64,000 nt of DNA from NCBI GenBank assembly GCA_018433345.1, contig JAHDRK010000013.1, positions 7,482 to 71,481 on the forward strand. The letters are read 5' to 3'. Positions 1 to 10,532 of this stretch are shown here, piece by piece (position 1 is the first letter of the stretch; each line of letters starts with the position of its first letter). Below the pieces are notes generated by a model, which worked only from the letters and a program-made list of their open reading frames with translations, made no database searches and was not told the origin of the DNA. The position numbers and the translations under genes were made by a program. This DNA comes from Syntrophobacterales bacterium. Its GTDB lineage: Bacteria > Desulfobacterota > Syntrophia > Syntrophales > UBA2210.

Positions 1-941
1 CCACCCATTATTGATATCCCTCTGTACTCTCGGCGGGGAAGCATGGAAAAGGCGAGACAGGCCTGGGCAAGTTCAGGAAGGTTGTACACCTGGACGGCAT
101 TGGCCTGCCGGAGGAGAGAATTCCAGATAACCCGGCCGCCTCCAAGGGACGCCGTATGACTGGCAACCGCCCTGGCCCCGGCCTCCGAAAGCCCGCCCTT
201 GTATATGATGACCGGTTTTTCCGGGGTCGTCCTTCGCAGGGTTTGAAGAAAGGCGGGACCATTTTCGACACCCTCCACATACATGGCGATCGTTTCCGTT
301 TCGGGATCACGAGATAAATAATCCAGCAGTTCTACTTCCCGGAGGTCGGCGCCGTTGCCGAAACTCACCACCTTGCTGAACCCTATGCCCATCCATTTCC
401 CAATATGGGCAAGATCGATGGACATGCCGCCGCTCTGGGACAGAAACGCCACTGACCCCGGCGTGCGGGACAGATCCGGTCCCGGCAGCAATGTCAAACC
501 GCTCGCAGGACAATAAACCCCGAAACAATTAGGACCAATCACCCTGATTCCTCTCCGCGCGACCTTACGGATTTCTTCTTCAAGGGCTATGCCCTCCGCC
601 GTCCCAAGCTCGCCGAATCCCGCCGAAAGGACCTCGGCGCCGGCGGCGCCCTTCGCCAGACATTCTTCCAGCACCTTCGGCACCGTTTCCGCGGGCGTTG
701 CTACAATAGCGAAATCTATGTCATGGGGAATTTCCGACACGCTTTTGTACAACTTTCTGCCCTGGAACTCGCCTCCCCTTGGATTGACGGGATAGATTTC
801 GCCTTCGAATCCTATATTTAAAAGGGCAAGCATGATGCCGCTGCCGAATCCCACGCCCTTCGATGAAACACCCACCACCGCCAGGTGTTTCGGATTGAAT
901 ATCCTGTCCATCGTCCGATCAAAATCCGCCTCTGAAACCAT
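1..941 (-). CDS. ADP-forming acyl-CoA synthetase / CoA-binding domain protein, N-terminal part (3' end lies beyond the window edge)
   Basis: Not in the ORF track because it runs off the edge. My own minus-strand translation from ATG 941-939 reads MVSEADFDRTMDRIFNPKHLAVVGVSSKG...VIGPNCFGVY...FLSQSGG. These are CoA-binding/succinyl-CoA-synthetase-alpha-like motifs. SD-like GAGGAG lies 10 nt upstream. Confidence 0.75.
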   Translation of the reverse strand, partial: MVSEADFDRTMDRIFNPKHLAVVGVSSKGVGFGSGIMLALLNIGFEGEIYPVNPRGGEFQGRKLYKSVSEIPHDIDFAIVATPAETVPKVLEECLAKGAAGAEVLSAGFGELGTAEGIALEEEIRKVARRGIRVIGPNCFGVYCPASGLTLLPGPDLSRTPGSVAFLSQSGGMSIDLAHIGKWMGIGFSKVVSFGNGADLREVELLDYLSRDPETETIAMYVEGVENGPAFLQTLRRTTPEKPVIIYKGGLSEAGARAVASHTASLGGGRVIWNSLLRQANAVQVYNLPELAQACLAFSMLPRREYRGISIMG

Positions 942-1019
942 TTTCTTTCGACTCCTCGCTTGATGTTATCTAAAGGCTGCGAAACAGCGCCTTTGTGAGG
1001 CCCCTTTTTAATCCAACCT

Positions 1020-1820
1020 TCAGACCATGATCGCGCCGCCGTCCACGTTTATCGCCTGCCCCGTAATGTTCCCCGCCTCCTCGGAGGCGAGATAGGCAAC
1101 CAGGCTCGCCACGTCTTCCGGGGTCTGAGGACGACGAAGGGGTATCTGAGATTTCACCCTTTGCTCAAAAATCTGCTCCGGTGTCTTGTCCGCCATGGAG
1201 GCAAAATTTTCTTTCATCCACTGCGCCATCCTCGCCCATCCCTCGGTCCACACGTAACCAGGACAAACGGCGTTTACCGTAATCGAATAACGGGCCAATT
1301 CCTTCGCGAGCACCTGCGTGAGTCCTATGACTCCGAACTTCGACGCGCTGTAGGCGCCGACAAGCGATTCCCCCACCTTTCCCGATATGGAAGAAATGTT
1401 GATTATGCGTCCCTGTTTGCGTTCGATCATGTGGGGCGCGACGGCACGGCAGGCAAGAAAAGTACTTTTCAGTGTCACTTCCACCGTTTTATCCCAAACT
1501 TCCACAGGCATTTTAACGAGCAGAGACATTCCCGATCCGCCGCCGATGTTGTTTACCAGGATGTCGATGGTTCCGAAGACCTCGATCGCCTGTTCAACCA
1601 TCCTTTCAACGTCTTCCTCCTTGGTTCCGTCCGCCTCTACCGCGAACGCCGTCCCGCCCTGCCCCGTGATCTCGTCTACCACGCGCCTGGCGGAAACACC
1701 TTCCAAGTCGGATACCACAACGTTGGCTCCCTCCAACGCGAGCCTGCGTGCACTGGCCCTTCCTATGCCTCCGGCCGCTCCTGTCACGATTGCAGTCTTG
1801 TCCTCAATTTGCAGGTCCAT
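1020..1820 (-). CDS. SDR family oxidoreductase (FabG-like)
   Basis: 266-aa ORF with Rossmann motif TGAAGGIGRA, NNIG, and the catalytic YSASK (YxxxK). Confidence 0.9.
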   Translation of the reverse strand: MDLQIEDKTAIVTGAAGGIGRASARRLALEGANVVVSDLEGVSARRVVDEITGQGGTAFAVEADGTKEEDVERMVEQAIEVFGTIDILVNNIGGGSGMSLLVKMPVEVWDKTVEVTLKSTFLACRAVAPHMIERKQGRIINISSISGKVGESLVGAYSASKFGVIGLTQVLAKELARYSITVNAVCPGYVWTEGWARMAQWMKENFASMADKTPEQIFEQRVKSQIPLRRPQTPEDVASLVAYLASEEAGNITGQAINVDGGAIMV

Positions 1821-2131
1821 ACAACACCTTCCCCTTTATAAACTACAGAATTATAAACTATTTATGATGAAGTGACGGCGGCCTATCCGTAGCGGCATAC
1901 CCACCGGCCGCCCGATAATTCATAATCGCCGCGCACCGGCCTGTCAAGGAATACTTTTGCCCTGCCCCCTTCTCTTCTTTTGTCTCGTAGGCGGCATATC
2001 TACCTCTATTCGAGATGAAACATGCCGTGGACGAATGCGCGGGATGTCTCTTGTATAACCGGCGCAAATTTAAAATCTCCCCTTCACGAAGTCCATCCTT
2101 CAAGAATGTGTGTGGAAAGGGGAATGGTCGA

Positions 2132-3079
2132 CTACAGGTTTGGCATGAACAGTCTTCGAGGACCGTCGATTCTCGTAAGACCGGCAGCTTGGGCGGCGGC
2201 CAAGGCCTCACGGTATTCCCCGCTCGTTATGGGACGGCCGATGTCCTTGTCGCCCACCGCCCTGTAACAGGGCCTGTACTGGTCCATGACGTTTACGTAA
2301 GTATGGGGGGAAATTTCCCGGGCTATAAAATTCATCACCTCCGCTGTACCGGCGACGTTGCCGGGCATAACCAGGTGACGTACCAGCAGTCCTCTCGCGG
2401 CAATGCCGTCCGCCGAAATTTTCAGGTCACCCACCTGCCTGTGCATTTCCTTCAAGGCCTCGCAGGCCCGCTCCCTGTAGTCCGATACCCCGCAAAAACG
2501 TCGCGCCCACGTGTTGTCCCAGAACTTGAAATCCGGCATGTAGATGTCGACGATTCCTTCGAGAATCTCCAGTGTCTCCAGGCTCTCGTATCCGCCGCAG
2601 TTATAGACGAAGGGAATTTCCAGTCCCGTCTCCGCCGCAAACACGAGTGCTTCGAGTATCTGCGGAACCACGTGCGTGGGCGTCACAAAATTAATGTTGT
2701 GACATCCCTGCCCGGCCAACGACGACATCATGCGCGCGATTTCCCGGGGAGATACCTCCCTGCCCGCGATTCCATGACTGATATCGTAATTCTGACAGAA
2801 GGAACAAAGAAGATTGCATGAAGAAAAAAATATGGTCCCCGACCCATGGCTTCCCACCAGCGGCGCTTCCTCCCCGAAATGTGGGCCATAACTCGCCACG
2901 ACGGCCCTCATCCCGGTTCGACATACCCCCCGCTCCCCTGATAGGCGGTTTACGCCGCATTTCCGGGGACATAACCCGCAGGACTCCATTATTGAGAGGG
3001 CGCGTTCCACTTTCTTTTCAAGCACACCCTTTTTATATCCTTTCAAACATGATCCTTTCTCTTTTCCGTCGTCTCCCAA
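2132..3079 (-). CDS. Radical SAM protein, PflX-like (pyruvate formate-lyase activase homolog family)
   Basis: Contains the CNLLCSFCQN CxxxCxxC radical-SAM motif and an N-terminal CGLCPRKCGVNR...GVCR cluster. The track ORF extends to 3178. I prefer TTG at 3079 (SD GGAGG 9 nt upstream), which leaves 122 bp for divergent promoters. The start is uncertain. Confidence 0.75.
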   Translation of the reverse strand: MGDDGKEKGSCLKGYKKGVLEKKVERALSIMESCGLCPRKCGVNRLSGERGVCRTGMRAVVASYGPHFGEEAPLVGSHGSGTIFFSSCNLLCSFCQNYDISHGIAGREVSPREIARMMSSLAGQGCHNINFVTPTHVVPQILEALVFAAETGLEIPFVYNCGGYESLETLEILEGIVDIYMPDFKFWDNTWARRFCGVSDYRERACEALKEMHRQVGDLKISADGIAARGLLVRHLVMPGNVAGTAEVMNFIAREISPHTYVNVMDQYRPCYRAVGDKDIGRPITSGEYREALAAAQAAGLTRIDGPRRLFMPNL

Positions 3080-3201
3080 AAATAGCCACCTCCGATTCGC
3101 CCTTGACAGAAAGATGTTTATATCACATCGTAAGGCGCCTTCAGGATACCGTCCCCGCACGATCCGCGAATGCAGCACCGAATATACAACAGGGACTGAA
3201 A

Positions 3202-4506
3202 ATGAAACAAGACCGCTTCTTCTATGGTTGGGTCATAGTCGCCGTTTCCTTTGTCAACATGGCTTTCACTTTAGGAATTTGGTATTCATTTTCTGTCTTT
3301 TTTGTGGCCGTAATCGAAGAATTTCACTGGAGCCGCGCCGTAACTTCGGGAGTCTTCTCCTGCTTCATGATTGTCCATTCCCTGTCCGCCGTCCTCGTGG
3401 GATCGATCCTGGATCGATTCGGGCCGCGTCGCGTACTGCCGACAGCCTCTTGCATCGTCGCCCTGGGACTTGTCGCATCAAGCCGAATCTCGCATCTTTG
3501 GGAATTCTACCTGTGGTACGGCGTGATGACGGCCATGGGTATCTGCGCCCTCGGATTCATAGCCCATGGAATGATCCTTCCCAAGTGGTTCGAGCGGAAG
3601 CGCGGGTTGGCAACGGGAATCGCCATGGCCGGCATCGGCCTTGGAATGCAGGTTATCGTCCCCGCAACCCAGTACCTGATAAACATTTTCGGCTGGCGGC
3701 CCGCCTACTTGGTTCTCGCCGCCGTCGTCCTGTTGGTTCTCTTCCCCTTGAATGCGCTGCTGCAGAAAAAGGATCCCGGCGAAGTCGGAGAGGTTCCCGA
3801 TGGATCGCGCTCGATCCGGGGTGAGGAAAAGAAAAAAAACGAAACTTACAGGCCTCCCGCCCCCCCTGTCGCCGACACCCTTTTCGGCGCACTTCACACC
3901 AGGCAGTTCTGGTTTCTTTTTTTCAGTTTCTTTTTTGTCCCCATGGCCGTCCAGGGGACTTTGATTCACCAGGTCGCCCGCGTTGTGGATACGGGTTTTT
4001 CCGCTGCCCGCGGCGCCTTTTTTTTCGGGCTGGCGGGTATCATGGGTTCCGTTGGAAAAATCTTTTTTGGAAGTCTCTCCGATATAATCGGCCGCGAAAA
4101 GGCATTCGCCATGGGCATGGTTTGCGCGATGCTGGGAGTGGCAAGCCTGCTGTTCCTCGAAAGCAACCGGTCGTACCTTCTGTACAGCTACGCGATCCTC
4201 TTCGGGCTGGGATACGGCTCGGTGGCGCCGCTGTTCCCCGCGAAAATGGCTGATCTCTTTCTTGGCCCCCATTTTGGAAAAATATACGGTATCTTGTCCC
4301 TTGCGGGTGGTGTAGGCGGCGCGCTGGGGGTGTTCCTGAGCGGAAAAATTTTCGACCTTACAAATGACTACACGACGGCCTTTATTCTCGGGTTGACGGC
4401 GATCACCCTTGCCATAATTCTATTTTCCCGTGCGGCTCCGAAAGGCGGAAAGATCGACAAAAGCGGCTCGGCCCCCTTGGGACGACACAACGATGATCCA
4501 CTATAA
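3202..4506 (+). CDS. MFS transporter (oxalate/formate-antiporter-like)
   Basis: The hydrophobic 12-TM-like sequence begins MKQDRFFYGWVIVAVSFVNMAF. The upstream part of track ORF 2818..4506 is antisense to the radical SAM gene and is not coding. Confidence 0.85.
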   Translation: MKQDRFFYGWVIVAVSFVNMAFTLGIWYSFSVFFVAVIEEFHWSRAVTSGVFSCFMIVHSLSAVLVGSILDRFGPRRVLPTASCIVALGLVASSRISHLWEFYLWYGVMTAMGICALGFIAHGMILPKWFERKRGLATGIAMAGIGLGMQVIVPATQYLINIFGWRPAYLVLAAVVLLVLFPLNALLQKKDPGEVGEVPDGSRSIRGEEKKKNETYRPPAPPVADTLFGALHTRQFWFLFFSFFFVPMAVQGTLIHQVARVVDTGFSAARGAFFFGLAGIMGSVGKIFFGSLSDIIGREKAFAMGMVCAMLGVASLLFLESNRSYLLYSYAILFGLGYGSVAPLFPAKMADLFLGPHFGKIYGILSLAGGVGGALGVFLSGKIFDLTNDYTTAFILGLTAITLAIILFSRAAPKGGKIDKSGSAPLGRHNDDPL

Positions 4507-4509
4507 ACT

Positions 4510-5520
4510 TCAGAGGTCCATGAGTCCCAGCGGCCAGCGGGAAAGCGCCTTGATATCGTAACCATGGCGGACACCCTTTTCCAGGAGCATTGACCCGTAA
4601 GCGGCGATCATGGCCGCGTTGTCCGTGCAAAGAACTGGGGGAGGCACGTGAAGCTCGATCCCTTTCTCCTCGCAAGCCGCCTGGAAGCAGTGTCTCAGGC
4701 GGCGATTCGCCGCCACGCCGCCGGAGACAACGATCGTGGAGACCGAGGCCGCCTCGGCCGCGCGGACGGTCTTCTCCACCAGCACATCGACAATCGCCTG
4801 CTGAAAGGATGCCGAGATGTCCGACATCTCATCGTCCGTAATCGGCTGTTCCCGAGTTTTCAGGTAGTTGAGCAAGGCTGTTTTAAGCCCGCTGAAGCTG
4901 AAATCGAAGCTGTCTTTCATGGGACGGGGAAATTTTATTTTTTGCGGGTCTCCCCGGGCGGCAAGTTCATCGATGACGACCCCGCCGGGATACCCCAGGT
5001 CGAGCATCTTCGCGGCCTTGTCGAAGGCCTCCCCCGCAGCGTCGTCCCGTGTCTGCCCCACGAGGTTTATTCTTCCAAAATCTTCGACCACATATATATT
5101 CGTGTGCCCGCCGGATACCACGAGCGCCGCGAAAGGAAATGCGGGAGGTTCTTCCACCAAGAAGGCCGCCGCGATATGTCCGGCGATATGATTGACCCCC
5201 ACGAAGGGCAGATTTTTCGCGAAGGCAATCGCCTTGGCCGTGGAAAGTCCCACGAGTATGGATCCCACAAGGCCGGGTCCTCTCGTTGCCGCAATTCCCT
5301 CGATATCTTCAAGGGTCGCTTTCGCCTCACCGAGCGCCTGGTCGATAACGGGCATTATGGCTTCCATGTGCTTGCGCGACGCTATTTCGGGGACAACACC
5401 TCCGTAAAGCGCGTGGAGATCCACCTGTGAGGCTATAACGTTCGAAAGTATTCGTCGTCCCCCCGAAACGACGGCCGCCGAGGTCTCATCGCAGGACGAT
5501 TCTATTCCGAGCACAAGCAT
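4510..5520 (-). CDS. tsaD: tRNA N6-adenosine threonylcarbamoyltransferase TsaD
   Basis: MLVLGIESSCDETSAAVV..., VNHIAGH, and a Kae1/Gcp-type length of 336 aa. Confidence 0.95.
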   Translation of the reverse strand: MLVLGIESSCDETSAAVVSGGRRILSNVIASQVDLHALYGGVVPEIASRKHMEAIMPVIDQALGEAKATLEDIEGIAATRGPGLVGSILVGLSTAKAIAFAKNLPFVGVNHIAGHIAAAFLVEEPPAFPFAALVVSGGHTNIYVVEDFGRINLVGQTRDDAAGEAFDKAAKMLDLGYPGGVVIDELAARGDPQKIKFPRPMKDSFDFSFSGLKTALLNYLKTREQPITDDEMSDISASFQQAIVDVLVEKTVRAAEAASVSTIVVSGGVAANRRLRHCFQAACEEKGIELHVPPPVLCTDNAAMIAAYGSMLLEKGVRHGYDIKALSRWPLGLMDL

Positions 5521-5627
5521 CGATACACCGCAATTCCATACCGTCTTGAAAAAACATTCACAAAAACAGGCGAAAGGTATATAAGAAGTTCATCGTTTTG
5601 TAAACAACATATGCTGAGGGATCTTCC

Positions 5628-7256
5628 ATGGAAATACAAACCGACTTTCTCGTCCTCGGCAGCGGCATAGCCGGCCTGGCATTCGCAATAAAGGCGTCGC
5701 GGCTGGGAACCGTTGCCATCGTCACAAAAAAAGAAACCATCGAATCGAACACAAATTATGCCCAGGGCGGCATCGCCACAGTCATAGACCAAGAGGACAG
5801 CTTCGAATCTCATATCAAGGATACCCTGGAAGCGGGGGGAGGCCTATGTCACGAAGATGTAGTCCGGTTCGTCGTTACCGAAGGACCGGAGCGCGTCAGA
5901 GAATTGATCGAATGGGGCGTCCGGTTTTCCCCTTCGGCCTCGTCGGAAGGCTATGACCTCGGACGCGAAGGAGGCCACAGCCATAGAAGGGTCCTGCACG
6001 CCGAGGATTTAACGGGGAGGGAAATCGAGCGGGCACTCGTCGAACGGGCCGGGACCATCGACAACATACAGATCTTCGAAAATCATTTCGCTGTCAACCT
6101 CATAACGCGTTCCAAGATAACGGGAACCGACGAGCGCCCCGACCGCTGCCTCGGATCCTATGTTTACGACATAAAAAACCAATCAGTCCGTACGTTCAGG
6201 GCAAAGTTCGTGATACTGGCCACTGGAGGATCAGGGAAGGTTTACATGATTACCACCAATCCCGATATAGCCACCGGCGACGGCCTGGCCATGGCGTTCA
6301 GAGCGAAAGCGAACATAGCGAACATGGAGTTCATCCAGTTTCATCCCACCTGCCTCTTCCATCCCCAGGCCAAGTCGTTTCTCATCAGCGAGGCCGTGCG
6401 CGGAGAAGGCGGCGTTTTAAAACTGAAAAACGGCTCCACTTTCATGGAAAAATACGATCCCAGGGGGAGCCTGGCGCCCCGCGACGTGGTCGCCCAGGCC
6501 ATCGATCGGGAACTGAAGAAAAGGGGAGACGAATTCGTCTACCTCGATATAAGGCACCGGGGCAGAAAATTCCTGAAGGAGCGGTTCCCCCACATATATC
6601 ACCGATGCCTCGAATTCGGCATCGACATGGCCCGCGACATGATTCCCGTGGCGCCGGCGGCGCACTACCAATGCGGAGGCGTTGTCGTAAATGAATACGG
6701 GGAAACCACAATCGGACATCTTTTCGCCTGTGGAGAAGTTTCTTGTACCGGATTGCACGGAGCCAACCGTCTGGCAAGCAATTCGCTGCTCGAAGCCGTT
6801 GTTTTCGCCCATAGGATTTTCAAGAGAATCGAATCCATATTCGCCGTAACACCCGCGGATACACTGTACATACCACCCTGGGATCCGAAGGGTACGGTGG
6901 AAAGCGACGAATCAATAATGATATCGCACAACTGGGACGAGATCCGCATGTGCATGTCCAATTACGTGGGGATCGTAAGATCCGACAAGCGGCTTCACCG
7001 GGCAAAGCGCAGGATTGAACTCATCTCCCAGGAAATCGACGAGTACTACTGGAATTTCAAGATTACCCCGGAATTGCTGGAACTTCGCAATATCGCCACC
7101 GTGGCCCAGTTGATCATAGCGTGCTCCCGCCTTCGAAAGGAGAGCAGGGGACTTCACTTCAACATAGACTACCCTTACAGAGACGACGCCAACTTCAAAA
7201 AGGACACCATCGTAAACAGGGATATCCTCTCGGCGCTCAACCAAAACGGATTATGA
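5628..7256 (+). CDS. nadB: L-aspartate oxidase
   Basis: FAD motif VLGSGIAGL, YAQGGIA, RGEGG, LASNSLLE; 542 aa. Confidence 0.93.
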   Translation: MEIQTDFLVLGSGIAGLAFAIKASRLGTVAIVTKKETIESNTNYAQGGIATVIDQEDSFESHIKDTLEAGGGLCHEDVVRFVVTEGPERVRELIEWGVRFSPSASSEGYDLGREGGHSHRRVLHAEDLTGREIERALVERAGTIDNIQIFENHFAVNLITRSKITGTDERPDRCLGSYVYDIKNQSVRTFRAKFVILATGGSGKVYMITTNPDIATGDGLAMAFRAKANIANMEFIQFHPTCLFHPQAKSFLISEAVRGEGGVLKLKNGSTFMEKYDPRGSLAPRDVVAQAIDRELKKRGDEFVYLDIRHRGRKFLKERFPHIYHRCLEFGIDMARDMIPVAPAAHYQCGGVVVNEYGETTIGHLFACGEVSCTGLHGANRLASNSLLEAVVFAHRIFKRIESIFAVTPADTLYIPPWDPKGTVESDESIMISHNWDEIRMCMSNYVGIVRSDKRLHRAKRRIELISQEIDEYYWNFKITPELLELRNIATVAQLIIACSRLRKESRGLHFNIDYPYRDDANFKKDTIVNRDILSALNQNGL

Positions 7257-7396
7257 TTTCAGGTTGACCCGGTTTTTGCGTAATCGCTGCCTCTGACACC
7301 ACACTTTCTTTTCTTTTTTGCGCCTTCCACTAAGGCGGATTAAAGGAATTTTCCGCATATATCCACGAAACAAAACAAATATATGTCAAATATCCA

Positions 7397-7425
7397 TTGA
7401 CAGGCATATTCTAAAACCATAAAAA
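7397..7425 (+). promoter_or_regulatory. Candidate sigma-70 promoter of the gcv operon
   Basis: TTGACA (7397-7402), 17-nt spacer, TAAAAA (7420-7425), about 30 nt upstream of the gcvT ATG. Confidence 0.4.
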
Positions 7426-7457
7426 AGGGCATACACTATCACGCAGATACTGGAGTT

Positions 7458-8768
7458 ATGAGCAAACAAACGCCTTTGTACGATCTTCACTTGTCTCTCA
7501 AGGCCCAAATAGCCGAGTTCGGCGGTTACGAAATGCCCCTGTGGTACCCTTCCGGGGCTCGAAGGGAGCACCTGGCCGTTCTTACGGGGGCCGGTCTTTT
7601 CGACACCAGCCACATGGCTGTTATCCATGTTTCCGGCCCGCGGGTCTTCGATCTACTGCAGCATTGTCTCACCAAGGACTTGGACAGGTGCATTGGAAAA
7701 TCGCGACTGCCCCTCTCACCCGGGCGGGCCGCCTACGGTGCCTTTCTCACTCCGGAGGGGCACACGATCGATGACACCGTAATAAGCATGTTGGACGAAG
7801 AAAACTTCATGCTCGTTGTAAATGCGGGCATGGGCGCAACGATCACGAACCACCTCTCGTCGGAGACAGAAGGGCTTTCCCCGGCGCCCGCGATCGAGAA
7901 CCTTAGCGACCGAATGGGCAAGCTCGATCTTCAGGGACCGAAATCGGCGATCATACTTGCTTCCACACTCGAAAAGCCCGAAATATTATGCGAGCCCTTC
8001 CCCTTTTTCAGCTTCAAAGGGCATTTCGACGAGTCTTCGCCCCTATACGGTGACGTACGGCTCTCAGACGGATCGCACATCCTTCTTTCGCGCACCGGAT
8101 ACACCGGGGAATTCGGGTTTGAACTCTACATGAAACCGGTCCGTCTCGAAAGTGTCTGGCGTCTCCTCATGAAAGAGGGAGAAAGGCACGGTTGCATCCC
8201 TTGCGGTCTCGCCGCCCGTGATTCCCTCAGAACGGGCGCCGTGCTTCCACTGTCCCACCAGGACATAGGGGACTGGCCGTTCATAAATCACCCCTGGGAA
8301 CAGGCCCTGCCGTTTGCCGGCGACGAAGGTGGATTCACGAAGACTTTCATAGGCGACGAGGCGCTGCTTCGCAACCGCGGCAAAGGTTTTTTCACTTATC
8401 CTTTCGCCGGCTTCGACCTACGAAAGGTCCAGGTCGGGCCTGACACGGCAGCTGTCAACTCAGGCGGGCGGCGGATCGGCACGGTCCTTACCTGTGTCAC
8501 CGACGTGGCCATCGACCGCGAGGGGACACGGATCATCAGTATCAACAGCCCCGACAGGCCCGAAGGTTTCCGCCCCAAGGGCCTCTGCTGCGGTTTCGTG
8601 CGACTTACTGAACCGGCGAAAAGGGGAGCCATCATAGAAATCAAGGATGGACGTCGATCCTTGCCGGTCATGATCATGGACGACCTGCGTCCCGACAGAA
8701 CGGCGCGGCGGCCGATCAGCAGCATGCTCCCGGCCGATCTAAGGCGATCGGCCGATCCAAACAAATAA
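7458..8768 (+). CDS. gcvT: Glycine cleavage system T protein (aminomethyltransferase)
   Basis: N-terminus TPLYDLHLSLKAQIAEFGGYEMPLWY..GLFDTSHM is typical of GcvT. It is followed by gcvH and gcvP. Confidence 0.9.
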   Translation: MSKQTPLYDLHLSLKAQIAEFGGYEMPLWYPSGARREHLAVLTGAGLFDTSHMAVIHVSGPRVFDLLQHCLTKDLDRCIGKSRLPLSPGRAAYGAFLTPEGHTIDDTVISMLDEENFMLVVNAGMGATITNHLSSETEGLSPAPAIENLSDRMGKLDLQGPKSAIILASTLEKPEILCEPFPFFSFKGHFDESSPLYGDVRLSDGSHILLSRTGYTGEFGFELYMKPVRLESVWRLLMKEGERHGCIPCGLAARDSLRTGAVLPLSHQDIGDWPFINHPWEQALPFAGDEGGFTKTFIGDEALLRNRGKGFFTYPFAGFDLRKVQVGPDTAAVNSGGRRIGTVLTCVTDVAIDREGTRIISINSPDRPEGFRPKGLCCGFVRLTEPAKRGAIIEIKDGRRSLPVMIMDDLRPDRTARRPISSMLPADLRRSADPNK

Positions 8769-8791
8769 CAGGAAACACAAGGAGTCTGTCG

Positions 8792-9196
8792 ATGAAAGAA
8801 ATCAGCGAATTACTATTCCCCGACGATGTCTTTTACGCGGAGGACCACGAATGGGCCCGACTCGACGGAGGCGTGATCACGGTGGGCATCAACGACTACG
8901 CCCAGGACCAGCTGGGGGATATAGTTTACGTGGAGCTTCCACGGGTGGGCGACACCTTTGAAAAGGGAGAAGAATTCGGAACGGTGGAATCGGTCAAGGC
9001 CGTCTCCGAACTCTACATGCCCGTGGGAGGCGAAATCGTCGCGGTCAACACGGACCTGGAGGATTCTCCGGAATTGATAAATCAATCTCCATACGGCGAC
9101 GGTTGGCTTATCAAGGTCAAACCCGATGACGAGACAGAAATCGAAGAACTCATGGACAAAGAGACCTATCTTGCCATGCTGAAGGAGGAGGATTGA
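8792..9196 (+). CDS. gcvH: Glycine cleavage system H protein
   Basis: 134 aa with lipoyl-lysine motif VESVKAVSE. SD AAGGAG upstream. Confidence 0.95.
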   Translation: MKEISELLFPDDVFYAEDHEWARLDGGVITVGINDYAQDQLGDIVYVELPRVGDTFEKGEEFGTVESVKAVSELYMPVGGEIVAVNTDLEDSPELINQSPYGDGWLIKVKPDDETEIEELMDKETYLAMLKEED

Positions 9197-9200
9197 TTGA

Positions 9201-10532
9201 ATGCGGTACCTGCCTCACACGGAAGGGGATGTCGCGGAGATGCTCGAAACATTGGGCATCTCGGACATGGAAGACCTGTTCGAGGTCATACCCGCATCGT
9301 GCCGGCGATCGACCGACTTGGACCTTCCCCGTCCCATGTCCGAATGGGAGTTGGACCACTTCATGGAAAATCTCTCGGCCCGGAACACGATCGATCACGA
9401 CTGCTTACTCTTTCTCGGCGCGGGAAGGTACAATCACTTTATACCGGAAACCATCGGCGCCGTACTCGGACGTTCCGAGTTTTCAACATCTTACACGCCT
9501 TACCAACCGGAGATCAGCCAGGGAACCCTGCAGGCCCTTTACGAGTACCAGACCCTGATGACCCGTCTCACCGGCATGGAAGTGGCCAACGCCTCGCTTT
9601 ACGACGGGGCGTCTGCGCTGGCGGAAGCACTGCTCATGGCGGTGAGGGTGACAAAACGAAAGAAAATAGTTCTTTCGACGGCCGTTCATCCCGCCTACAG
9701 GAAGGTGGCGGCCACCTACCTCAAACCCACGGGCTGCGAAGTCGTCGAACTGCCCTTTCTCCCCTCGGGGCGTACGGACCTTTCGCCACTGGACGAGGTC
9801 GCTGAACCGGCCGTCCTCGCCTTGCAGTCACCTAATTTTTTCGGGTGCCTGGAAGACCTTTCAAGGGCCGCCGGGCTCGTTCACGAGTCGGGCGGACTCC
9901 TGGCGGCAACCTTCACGGAACCGCTCGCCTTCGGCCTTTACCGTGCGCCGGGCGTGGACGGCGCCGACATAGTCTGCGGCGAAGGACAGAGTCTCGGCAT
10001 ACCTGTTTCCTTCGGCGGGCCCGGGCTGGGCATATTCGCGACGCTGGAGAAACACGTGCGGGCGATGCCGGGACGCCTCGTGGGAAAAACTCGGGACCGG
10101 TCGGGCAGGCGCGGTTTCGTCCTCACCCTGGCGACCAGGGAGCAGCACATAAGGCGCGAGCGGGCCACTTCGAACATCTGCACCAACAGCAGCCTCTGCG
10201 CCCTTGCCTCGGTCATGTACCTCGCCTCCCTGGGAGGAACCGGTTTCCGAGACCTCGCCAGGCTCAACTACGACAAGGCGGAATACCTGAAAAGGGGGCT
10301 CGCCGGGGCGGGATGGGAAATCCCCTTTTCGGCGCCCACCTTCAATGAATTCGTAACAGCGATTCCCGGAGACGGCGAAGAGGTGTACCGGCGATTAAAA
10401 GAGAAAAACATCCTCGCGGGAGTCCCTCTCAAGAGGTGGTATCCGGATCTCTCCGAACACTACCTGCTCTGCGTAACAGAAACAACGTCACGAGACCGAA
10501 TGGACATGCTCGTCTCGGAGGTGCGTTCATGA
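9201..10532 (+). CDS. gcvPA: Glycine dehydrogenase (decarboxylating) subunit 1
   Basis: MRYLPHTEGDVAEMLETLGI..., 443 aa, positioned between gcvH and gcvPB. Confidence 0.93.
   Translation: MRYLPHTEGDVAEMLETLGISDMEDLFEVIPASCRRSTDLDLPRPMSEWELDHFMENLSARNTIDHDCLLFLGAGRYNHFIPETIGAVLGRSEFSTSYTPYQPEISQGTLQALYEYQTLMTRLTGMEVANASLYDGASALAEALLMAVRVTKRKKIVLSTAVHPAYRKVAATYLKPTGCEVVELPFLPSGRTDLSPLDEVAEPAVLALQSPNFFGCLEDLSRAAGLVHESGGLLAATFTEPLAFGLYRAPGVDGADIVCGEGQSLGIPVSFGGPGLGIFATLEKHVRAMPGRLVGKTRDRSGRRGFVLTLATREQHIRRERATSNICTNSSLCALASVMYLASLGGTGFRDLARLNYDKAEYLKRGLAGAGWEIPFSAPTFNEFVTAIPGDGEEVYRRLKEKNILAGVPLKRWYPDLSEHYLLCVTETTSRDRMDMLVSEVRS

Noticed and set aside
1161-1841. Long ORFs antisense to, or out of frame with, well-supported genes. 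Examples are 1161..1841+, 2015..2821+, 3478..4272-, 4648..5430+, 10574..11371-, 13569..14081-, 17187..18062+, 23091..24032+, 25293..26306+, 26014..26916+, 31545..32375-, 38812..39510-, 54112..55170+, 60040..60744+ and 62439..63524+.
   Set aside because: These are shadow ORFs, as expected in GC-rich DNA. Their translations are Arg/Pro/Gly-rich with no recognisable motifs. In each case the opposite strand or another frame encodes a protein with clear family signatures.
7257-7457. Possible glycine riboswitch upstream of gcvT
   Set aside because: I could not find the conserved GGAGAG...CACCG / CTCAGGCAA-type cores. The best promoter candidate also leaves only a leader of about 26 nt.
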